Source of the DNA: Candidatus Altiarchaeota archaeon
GTDB taxonomy: Archaea > Altiarchaeota > Altiarchaeia > IMC4 > SCGC-AAA252-I15
NCBI GenBank assembly: GCA_043804895.1
Contig: JAZDIN010000055.1
Span: 1 to 20,708 of the forward strand
Length of the DNA stretch: 20,708 nucleotides
Direction: 5' to 3'
Of this stretch, positions 1-7,056 are shown piece by piece. The notes under the pieces are model-generated. The model saw nothing but the letters and a program-made list of their open reading frames with translations, made no database searches and was not told the origin of the DNA. Position 1 is the stretch's first letter. The number at the start of each line of letters is the position of its first letter. The translations under genes were made by a program, and so were the position numbers.

Positions 1-521
1 ATCATACCCTCCAAGGATTCTATATCATTGTACTTTGCGAACTTGAAGCCTGGAACCAACGGTTCAAATGGCTGCCGGTACTTCTGAGACCAGGTTGCCG
101 AAAGTGCCCCCATAGTCCGGCCGTGGAAGCTGTTCTCCATCGATATTATCCCTTTCCTTCCGGTGTGCTTCCTGGCGAGCTTGAAAGCCGCCTCCACAGC
201 CCCGGTCCCGTCGTTAGTGTAGAATACGCGCTCCATGCCTGAAAGCCTAACAAGTTTTTTAGCTAGTGTGAGCTGCGGCTCGGTGTACACCCAGTTGCTC
301 GCGTGCATCAGCTTCGAAGCCTGAGAGCGTATAGCTTTAATCACTGCGGGGTTGGCGTGACCTACCGATGACACTGCAATCCCAGCGTAGGCGTCAATGT
401 ACCTTCTGCCTTTGTCGTCCCAGACGTACACTCCCTTCCCGGAAACCAGGAGGATTGGAAGCCTGTTGAAGACCTGCGCCATGTATCTTCTCTCAAGCCG
501 GGTCGCAATATTGTAGTCCAT
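1..521 (-). CDS. argD: Class III PLP-dependent aminotransferase, acetylornithine aminotransferase (ArgD/LysJ-like); 5' part only, runs off the window edge
   Basis: Not in the ORF track. Manual translation from ATG at 521: MDYNIATRLERRYMAQVFNRLPILLVSGKGVYVWDDKGRRYIDAYAGIAVSSVGHANPAV...TNDGTGAVEAAFKLARKHTGRKGIISMENSFHGRTMGALSATWSQKYRQPFEPLVPGF. It carries the G-x-Y-x-x-D-x-x-G-x-x-Y-I-D, GH-x-N-P and SFHGRT motifs of ArgD. Confidence 0.9.
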   Translation of the reverse strand, partial: MDYNIATRLERRYMAQVFNRLPILLVSGKGVYVWDDKGRRYIDAYAGIAVSSVGHANPAVIKAIRSQASKLMHASNWVYTEPQLTLAKKLVRLSGMERVFYTNDGTGAVEAAFKLARKHTGRKGIISMENSFHGRTMGALSATWSQKYRQPFEPLVPGFKFAKYNDIESLEGM

Positions 522-551
522 ACTATCAGAGTATATTATCCCTTTCCTATT

Positions 552-884
552 TTAACCTCTCCGCTTCTCGAATCTCCTAACATCCTCATGCGAGTGCCTG
601 ATAACCTTTGCAGTGTACGTCACCAACTCCCCAGGCCCCCCGTATTCCCCTGCCTTGCTAGACGGTTCAATGCTCTTTGAGAAAATAACGTTCTTCCTCG
701 GCAATACCATATTGACCTTCGGGGTCCTAATCTCACACCAGTCATCCCTAACGCTGAACGTGCCATCATACTTCACGCCATCGATTATTACCTCAACAAC
801 GAAGGTGCGAGAAGTCAGAACCCAGCTCCCGTACACCGTCCTCTTCCTGGGCTTCCACCCCCTCAGAAAATCGAACAAACCCAT
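552..884 (-). CDS. Hypothetical protein, 110 aa, N-terminal MGLFDFL amphipathic start
   Basis: ATG-initiated ORF that fills the gap upstream of argD on the same strand, 30 nt away. No recognisable family motif. Confidence 0.7.
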   Translation of the reverse strand: MGLFDFLRGWKPRKRTVYGSWVLTSRTFVVEVIIDGVKYDGTFSVRDDWCEIRTPKVNMVLPRKNVIFSKSIEPSSKAGEYGGPGELVTYTAKVIRHSHEDVRRFEKRRG

Positions 885-906
885 ATCAATTATTTGTCTA
901 GTATAC

Positions 907-996
907 TATAAAATGCCGTCGGCTTCAGCCGCAACGAAGAGGCTATGCCTCTTCGTGCGCACGAAGAGTTAAGCTCTTCGTTGCGACGGTTTTATA
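907..996. repeat. Nested palindromic element: REP/IS200-IS605-end-like hairpin CCGTCGGCT-TC-AGCCG[insert]ACGG with outer TATAAAA/TTTTATA arms, interrupted by a double-hairpin MITE-like insert
   Basis: TATAAAA 907-913 pairs with TTTTATA 990-996. CGCAACGAAGAG 930-941 pairs perfectly with CTCTTCGTTGCG 974-985. Internal hairpins are ACGAAGAGGC-TAT-GCCTCTTCGT (934-956) and ACGAAGAG-TTAAG-CTCTTCGT (961-981), separated by GCGC. The structure is certain; the mobile-element interpretation is inference. Confidence 0.85.
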
Positions 997-1059
997 CGCC
1001 ATAACAGCCAATTTTATCATAGTTTTACAGTCCATAAAGGAGGCTGTTATGAGCGTATA
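993..1059. repeat. 17-bp imperfect inverted repeat (stem-loop) with a 32-nt spacer
   Basis: TATACGC-CATAACAGCC (993-1009) pairs with GGCTGTTATG-A-GCGTATA (1042-1059), with one bulged A at 1052. Confidence 0.8.
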
Positions 1060-1088
1060 TAATCTCTGAATTCTTAGTGTTGGTTACA

Positions 1089-1910
1089 ATGTCAGAACCG
1101 AAGGTAAAGGCAAGGAAACAGTCCGGCTTAAAGAAATTCTTGCACAAGGTCACGGGACCGTGGAGGGCGCTGAAGGGGGTGTGGGAGCGTTTTCTTAGCA
1201 TACTCCCAGCATGGCTTTCTCCGTGGGTGAGGGACATTGTTGACGTCGCAGTCACGGTTCTGGTGATAATAGTGGTGCTCAAATTCATCTTCAGGGCTGA
1301 CATGCTCGTACCCCTCGTCGTCGTTACCTCAGACAGCATGGTACACGAATACGGTGACGGAAGCTGGAAAACTTGGATGACAAACAAGGGGATAACAGAT
1401 CCAACCATTGCCGAATTCCCTATGCAAAACGGCTTCAACATGGGCGACATGATACTAGTTAAAGACCCGAACACTGCGCTCGGAGACGTTATAATATACG
1501 AGCGCGACCTCGACCACCTCACGTTCCAGAGCAAAGACCCGATAATACACAGGGTTGTTGGCATAGTACATGTCGAAAACTACCAACCGGTACGCTCCGA
1601 AGGCACCCTCGACTGCTACAGACTAGCAGACTTCAACCAGTACGTCGTTAAGGTAATCGAATGTCAGAGGAGTAAAAGCTACTGCCCATATACAAGATAC
1701 CCCCTAACCGGCAACTTCAAGTTTTACCTCACCAAAGGGGACCACAACGACGGCTCAGACCAGTGCAGCACGAAACTTGGCATATCCCACCCCGTGACCG
1801 AGACTCAGATAACCGGCCGGGCACTCCTTAGACTCCCCTACCTCGGCTGGCCTAAGATGCTCCTCAGCCTAATATTCCAGATACTCTCACTGCCCTTCCA
1901 ACTACTATAG
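1089..1910 (+). CDS. Signal peptidase I, archaeal/ER Sec11 type (S26B), with a Cys-containing insertion
   Basis: N-terminal TM helix, catalytic Ser box VVVTSDSM, GD-x-I box, His box PIIHRVV, TKGDHN box and a C-terminal G-x-A-x-x-R-L-P-Y-L-G-W segment plus TM helix. ATG at 1089 preferred over the track's GTG at 1077. Confidence 0.88.
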   Translation: MSEPKVKARKQSGLKKFLHKVTGPWRALKGVWERFLSILPAWLSPWVRDIVDVAVTVLVIIVVLKFIFRADMLVPLVVVTSDSMVHEYGDGSWKTWMTNKGITDPTIAEFPMQNGFNMGDMILVKDPNTALGDVIIYERDLDHLTFQSKDPIIHRVVGIVHVENYQPVRSEGTLDCYRLADFNQYVVKVIECQRSKSYCPYTRYPLTGNFKFYLTKGDHNDGSDQCSTKLGISHPVTETQITGRALLRLPYLGWPKMLLSLIFQILSLPFQLL

Positions 1911-1917
1911 CCTAAAG

Positions 1918-2511
1918 ATGAGAATAAGCGACCCAATACTCTACGCAGCGGTGTTATATGCTGTCCTTTCAACCTCACTCCTAGTCCACGAGTTCGGCCA
2001 CATCTACTCAGCACAGTACGTAACGAAGGACTGCATGTTCACGGAGACTGAGCTGAGATTCGACCTACTCCTATTCCGTCGCGCTGGGATGACGTACTTC
2101 ACATGCAGCCACGGCATAAGTAGGCTCGAGAGGCCCTCCTTCGCTATCGACCTCAATGACCCGACTCTCCCGACCCTAAAAATCAAAGTAGCGAAGGCCG
2201 AAGGCATAAGATTACTCACAAGCCCCCTCACCACCGGCTGGTTCACCGCGCTCACTGGACCTGCCCTTGAACTCGCTTACATGACGATACTCCTAGACTG
2301 GCTTAGCAAGACATTCAGGAGGCTTAAGCCCCTTAAACTAACATACCTGTTCCTCCTACTCCTAGTGTTCGCCAGCAGCAGATTAGACTTCCAACAGGCC
2401 GTCCCAGAGGATAACACGAGCCTGTTCATAGCAGCGTACGTACTAGCGTACCTAATAATCGCGCTCGCCCACGTTACCCTGAACATGGGAAGCTACAAAA
2501 AGTTTGGGTAA
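1918..2511 (+). CDS. Membrane zinc metalloprotease, M50/site-2-protease-like
   Basis: HExxH (VHEFGH) at the end of TM1, a downstream ALTGP motif resembling the AGP motif of M50, a candidate third-ligand Asp in SSRLDF, and several TM segments. Confidence 0.7.
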   Translation: MRISDPILYAAVLYAVLSTSLLVHEFGHIYSAQYVTKDCMFTETELRFDLLLFRRAGMTYFTCSHGISRLERPSFAIDLNDPTLPTLKIKVAKAEGIRLLTSPLTTGWFTALTGPALELAYMTILLDWLSKTFRRLKPLKLTYLFLLLLVFASSRLDFQQAVPEDNTSLFIAAYVLAYLIIALAHVTLNMGSYKKFG

Positions 2512-2559
2512 TTGGGGCGTTATATACCACTATGCCTAAATATTGTCCACGTGTAAGCT

Positions 2560-3786
2560 ATGGGCAGGATACTCTCACACAGCCTTAAAGGCATAATGAA
2601 GTTCGCTAAGATGACATGGGCTGCCGTGATGGATAACAAGCCCCTCCTCCTCATATTAGTCCTCGTCTCATACACCCTCTTCTCACAACTGGAGACTGCC
2701 CACACATACGGGGGGCATATGGGTGGAAATCACGGGCATTTCAGCACACTAGCCAAGGCTATCCTATCCCACGGCATCATAGAGACCAAATTCGGCCAGC
2801 CAATGTTAGATCAAGGCGGGAACATCAGGGAGTACTACATCAACCATCCCCCTCTCCTGACCCTCTATATCGCATTAAGTTTCATGCTTCTGGTCCCGCT
2901 TGGTATGTCCTATACTGCTGCGGCGACATTGGTGCCTACGCTGTTCTCACTGGGGTCTCTAACAATACTATACCTCATCTGTAAAAGGCTGTGGGGGGTT
3001 AAAGTAGCTTTCCTGTCAACGGGTGTAATGGCCCTCACTCCCATGTTCAGAAGTTACAGTCAACTTGTCTGCCATGAACCACTATGCATCTTCATCATAC
3101 TGAGTGCCGTATACTTCTACATCCTCTGGATGGAATCAAAAAAAGAGGGGTATTTCAAAGTCGTTTGCGGATTAATCGTCGTAGGGTGCTTCACAGGATG
3201 GCCGGTATACTACCTCATCCCATTAATGGCCTCCCATTACCTCATATTCAGTAAAAAAAGGGATGTTAAAAAAATATTGGTGCTGCCCCTGATCGGGCTT
3301 GTCATGTTCTCCCTCTTTATTGTACATGTCTACATACTCGAAGGTAACACCAGTTTCGAAAAGCTAATAAAGCATGTCAAGAACAGGACGGATTATAATG
3401 ATAAGACTGACCCATGGCCCTGGAGACATTTCAAGATATTCGTGGGATACATGGGGGATATAATAAAAGCCAATACCCCATATGTCTTCTATGCTTCAGG
3501 GCTTATGTTCACAACTGTGGCTTACAAGCTTTACCGGAAACAGAGCATCCTAAACGAGTCATACGTCCTAATGCTACTCCTATTAGCAGTAATACATAAC
3601 CTTTTATGGCCGGGGGGTGTCGGATTCCACAACTACTGGTCCTATTACTTCACCCCAGCTCTTGCTATCGCCTCCATCGTTGGCATTAATTCGGTCTTGG
3701 AGGGTGACAGGGAATACCTAAAGTTCGTTTTCTGGACTGTCGTGGCAATCCTGTGGGTAAACAACAACAACGAATTCATAAAATAA
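2560..3786 (+). CDS. GT-C fold membrane glycosyltransferase (ArnT/PMT-like, GT39/GT83 type)
   Basis: Many TM helices, YYINHPPL motif, and the S-x-x-x-x-H-E-P segment typical of ArnT/PMT_2 proteins. Sampled 60-nt lines are about 38-40% GC, lower than the housekeeping genes. Confidence 0.8.
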   Translation: MGRILSHSLKGIMKFAKMTWAAVMDNKPLLLILVLVSYTLFSQLETAHTYGGHMGGNHGHFSTLAKAILSHGIIETKFGQPMLDQGGNIREYYINHPPLLTLYIALSFMLLVPLGMSYTAAATLVPTLFSLGSLTILYLICKRLWGVKVAFLSTGVMALTPMFRSYSQLVCHEPLCIFIILSAVYFYILWMESKKEGYFKVVCGLIVVGCFTGWPVYYLIPLMASHYLIFSKKRDVKKILVLPLIGLVMFSLFIVHVYILEGNTSFEKLIKHVKNRTDYNDKTDPWPWRHFKIFVGYMGDIIKANTPYVFYASGLMFTTVAYKLYRKQSILNESYVLMLLLLAVIHNLLWPGGVGFHNYWSYYFTPALAIASIVGINSVLEGDREYLKFVFWTVVAILWVNNNNEFIK

Positions 3787-3830
3787 ACGGGCGTGTATCG
3801 CATTTATTCTCCTTGGTTGATTGTTAATGG

Positions 3831-6083
3831 ATGCGCCTTTCATATCTGGAGTTGGAGAATTGGAGCTGTCACCAGAGCCTCAGCGTCGACTTGAGTGAGG
3901 GTTTGCAGATTGAGGGCAGAAACGGCACAGGCAAGAGCAGCATCCTATCCGCCATCCGCTTCATCTTCAAGGAGACAGCCCGCGGATACAACAGCAGGAT
4001 AAGAAACGGGCAACGTTCGGCCTCAGTTCGACTCAAGTTCACCTGCGATGGCCAGGAATATCTCGTAGAGAAGAAGCTCTACGTCGACAAGGCCTCCACT
4101 GCGTTGATGTTGCAGGGGGAAACGCTTATTGCAGACAATCCCTCAAGCGTCCATTCGAGGCTGCAGTCGATTCTCTCAGAGGACGTCCTAGACAAGCTCC
4201 TGTACATCCCCCAAGGAGGCATCACAGGAATACTAGACAGACTATCAGGAAAGGATGGGAAGGTCGAGATGGACCGCCTGTTCAGCCTTGATAGGCTGGA
4301 GCACGTGTGGGAGAAGACGGGGGTTCAGATACAGGAGTCTGAGGCGGCGTTAAGGTTTCTCAGCGACCAACTCACACGATACCCAGATGACGCGTTGGAT
4401 GGTATGCACAGAAAGGAATGCGGATTCAAAGACAGAATATCGTCACTCTCACTTGGAATGAAGTCCTCCTCTTTGGAGCTTGAGAGGATTAAGATGAACC
4501 TAGCCGAAACTGAAGGAAGGCTTAAAAAAATCCAAGAGACTAAGTTGGCGGTAGACTCCCTCAAGGATGAAGGCAACATGCTGAAGGTTGAGGAGGCTGG
4601 GACAATAAAGGAGGCAGAATCCCTGCGTGAGAGGCTTGCGCAAATCGGCAACAAGGTCGAAGAGCTGGAAAGCATACTGAAGACGAAAGCCTCCCTTGAG
4701 AAGTATACTACCCTCAGGGACATAATGCGACAACTCCACTCCGTAGACGACCGGCTGAAGGCACTTGAAGACCTCAAATCCAAAAGGGAAAGGTTAATCG
4801 AGCTTGACTCGATACTGAATGGGAAGGAAGAAACTGTGCGCTCATATAATGAACTGAAGGCAGGCCTAAAGTCCCTCGAAGACGAACGTGCCACACTCAT
4901 GGCCAACCTGAAGAGGGAGGCAGAATACTACAGCCAGCTTGGCGGACTTGACGGACATGCCAAGTGCCCAAGGTGCGGTCAGAAGGTCAACGCCTTCATA
5001 GTCGAAGGCGAGAGGACTGAGACGGCATACAAGATAAAGTCGATTGAGGAGGCTAGGCGGGCGGTTGAAGGCAAAATCAGCGGACACAGACAGGCGCTCA
5101 AATCAGCCGAGGAAAGGCTCAACTCAATAAAGAACGCCGAAGCAGAGCACCGGCACTTGCGCTCCGACGTGGATGAGAAGGGCAGGCAGTCGGCAGACTT
5201 ACTCGCTGCTAGAGGCGCCCTGGAGAAGTCGCTTATGGCGGCAGGATACCGCGGCGAAAGCCAGGGGGAGGTTGATTCAAGATGCACCGAGTACAACATG
5301 CTTGACGGCAGGGTACAGTCCCTTAGGAAGGAAGTCAAGGATGTGGACAGTCTCTCGACAAAGGCGACTGCACTTGAGGGGAGACTCCGTCTCTTAAGGG
5401 AGACGTCATCGAAGATAGATACTAAACTATCCAGCATGGCGTACAGCGAGGATGAGAGAAGGACTCTCAGCGCGGGGAGGGATGCGCTAGCAGAAGGAAA
5501 GTACAAAATGGGGTCTGAGTTGAGGACGATGGAGTCAGAAATAAAGAGGGCTCAGGAGGAACTGACCAGAACTGAAGAAGACATCAAGGTGTACTCGGAA
5601 CTCACTGGCAAACATGTTGAGACAAGAAGACAGGCTGAACTTTTAAAGGCTGCGAGGGACGTGTTCCACCGCGACAAGGGACTAGTAAGATATCTCAGGG
5701 AAGGCTTCATCCACAAGCTCAACGTCCTCCTAACCAGCCACTTCAAGAGATTCAACCAGAACCCAAGGTATGTTGACGTGAACTTTGACAGAGACTACAA
5801 CATAATACTCAGGACCACAAGCGGAGACATCGGCCTCGAACAGATTTCAGGCGGAGAACGGGTGCAACTCGCCCTCGCACTCAGGATAGCGCTAATAGAC
5901 ATGATCTCCCCCATACCCCTCCTGATACTGGACGAGCCATTCGGCAGCCTGGACGAAGCCCACCGTGAACTACTCGGGGAATCGCTGAACAAAACAGCGC
6001 AACAAGGACAGCTAATACTGGTGACCCACGTGCACGTAGACAGTCTACAGCTCCCAAACAGGCTTGAACTCGGAGGCTACTAG
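3831..6083 (+). CDS. Rad50/SbcC-like SMC-family ATPase with zinc hook
   Basis: Walker A GRNGTGKS, Q-loop YIPQG, long coiled coils, central CPRC hook, signature ISGGE, Walker B/D-loop LILDEPFGSLD, H-switch VTH. Confidence 0.9.
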   Translation: MRLSYLELENWSCHQSLSVDLSEGLQIEGRNGTGKSSILSAIRFIFKETARGYNSRIRNGQRSASVRLKFTCDGQEYLVEKKLYVDKASTALMLQGETLIADNPSSVHSRLQSILSEDVLDKLLYIPQGGITGILDRLSGKDGKVEMDRLFSLDRLEHVWEKTGVQIQESEAALRFLSDQLTRYPDDALDGMHRKECGFKDRISSLSLGMKSSSLELERIKMNLAETEGRLKKIQETKLAVDSLKDEGNMLKVEEAGTIKEAESLRERLAQIGNKVEELESILKTKASLEKYTTLRDIMRQLHSVDDRLKALEDLKSKRERLIELDSILNGKEETVRSYNELKAGLKSLEDERATLMANLKREAEYYSQLGGLDGHAKCPRCGQKVNAFIVEGERTETAYKIKSIEEARRAVEGKISGHRQALKSAEERLNSIKNAEAEHRHLRSDVDEKGRQSADLLAARGALEKSLMAAGYRGESQGEVDSRCTEYNMLDGRVQSLRKEVKDVDSLSTKATALEGRLRLLRETSSKIDTKLSSMAYSEDERRTLSAGRDALAEGKYKMGSELRTMESEIKRAQEELTRTEEDIKVYSELTGKHVETRRQAELLKAARDVFHRDKGLVRYLREGFIHKLNVLLTSHFKRFNQNPRYVDVNFDRDYNIILRTTSGDIGLEQISGGERVQLALALRIALIDMISPIPLLILDEPFGSLDEAHRELLGESLNKTAQQGQLILVTHVHVDSLQLPNRLELGGY

Positions 6084-6084
6084 A

Positions 6085-6219
6085 CTATATCTCCATGACT
6101 TTCATGACCAAAAACACGGCCACTGTCACTACAACACCAACCACTAGAAAGATAATTCTATCCTCATTAGCAACCTCGTCATGTGCTATCGGATGGTTTA
6201 AGATCTTTTTACTTGCCAT
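6085..6219 (-). CDS. Small single-pass membrane protein, 44 aa (below the ORF-track cutoff)
   Basis: Manual translation MASKKILNHPIAHDEVANEDRIIFLVVGVVVTVAVFLVMKVMEI*. GGGAGGTG Shine-Dalgarno 4 nt before the ATG. The stop codon lies 1 nt from the convergent Rad50-like stop. Confidence 0.75.
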   Translation of the reverse strand: MASKKILNHPIAHDEVANEDRIIFLVVGVVVTVAVFLVMKVMEI

Positions 6220-6223
6220 TTTA

Positions 6224-6310
6224 CACCTCCCTATCACTTATTTTTTCCCCAATGGACGTCTAAATTAGACATCTAATACAACTAAATTATTCCCCATACA
6301 CCTATAAATA
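6224..6310 (-). promoter_or_regulatory. SD site, tandem palindromic operator candidate and TATA box for the 44-aa gene
   Basis: SD at 6224-6231 (minus strand GGGAGGTG). ATGGACGTCTAA-A-TTAGACATCTAA at 6252-6276. Minus-strand TATTTATA at 6303-6310. Confidence 0.55.
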
Positions 6311-6405
6311 CTCCATATCCATGTGTCACGGCTAAAAACCCTTCCCATAAAACCAAATTTTACTCATGCCACCCTTTATATTACCTGATTGGAATATGTT
6401 ACCAG

Positions 6406-6705
6406 ATGGCAAGAGAACCTGAAAACCCCACAAGAAACTATCTTGTCAACCAGACCCTACTGCTCTTGGTGATTGTCACCCTAGGCGTAGTCCTCTGGCA
6501 GACTGCTGTATTCTCTAACAACCTTGACGCCAAGGAGCAGATTCCAAGTGTGGTCGGCAACGCCGTAGCATACAACTCCACGTTAGGCGGGCTCACAATA
6601 CCCTCGATTGTCGGTGTCGTGATGGCGTCGGCGTTGATCGTGTATGCAACCAACCACTCACTCAAGAAGGCCAGGAACAAGATGACACGGTTGGAGCGCG
6701 CTTAA
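6406..6705 (+). CDS. Hypothetical membrane protein, 99 aa, two TM helices
   Basis: Two hydrophobic stretches and a basic C-terminal tail. TTTATAT at 6375-6381 lies about 25 nt upstream, suggesting a leaderless transcript. Confidence 0.7.
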   Translation: MAREPENPTRNYLVNQTLLLLVIVTLGVVLWQTAVFSNNLDAKEQIPSVVGNAVAYNSTLGGLTIPSIVGVVMASALIVYATNHSLKKARNKMTRLERA

Positions 6706-6998
6706 TATTTGACGCTGAATTCCCTCAAACCTTCAGGCTCCTCATCCCACTTAACGTTCAACTCATCAACCACGGAACCATCAGGCCCCTTTTTGCACCA
6801 TTTCACAACTCCTTTAACAGCAGATTCTTCACCCTCAAACACCGCCTCCACGCGCCCATCACCGAGATTCCTCACCCAACCGAACACCCCACTCGCCTGC
6901 GCCTTAACTTTGGTGCTGTGCCTGAAAAAAACACCCTGGACCCGGCCTGAGACATACACATGGGCTCTGACTGTCACATAAAGATTATCGTTGGCCAT
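6702..6998 (-). CDS. acyP: Acylphosphatase
   Basis: VSGRVQGVFFR and GWVRN signature motifs; 98 aa. Confidence 0.95.
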   Translation of the reverse strand: MANDNLYVTVRAHVYVSGRVQGVFFRHSTKVKAQASGVFGWVRNLGDGRVEAVFEGEESAVKGVVKWCKKGPDGSVVDELNVKWDEEPEGLREFSVKY

Positions 6999-7056
6999 CT
7001 CTTAAATATCCTTGCCCATAATGATTAGAGGTCGTTGTCGTGTATGACAATAATCT

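Noticed and set aside
613-972. 119-aa plus-strand ORF running into the palindrome
   Set aside because: Antisense to the 552-884 gene, GTG start, and its tail is just the translated palindrome.
930-985. CRISPR mini-array, tRNA or cloning scar (four CTCTTC EarI-type sites) as explanations for the repeats
   Set aside because: The units are 8-10 bp and inverted with 3-5 nt gaps, not direct repeats with spacers. No T-loop or anticodon arm geometry is present. No vector sequence flanks the site.
3760-3771. (AAC)4 microsatellite at the end of the glycosyltransferase gene
   Set aside because: Too short and in-frame, so slippage would not switch expression.
3831-6083. Calling the Rad50-like gene a Wadjet/Lamassu defence system
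   Set aside because: No kleisin, KITE, nuclease or effector gene is adjacent.
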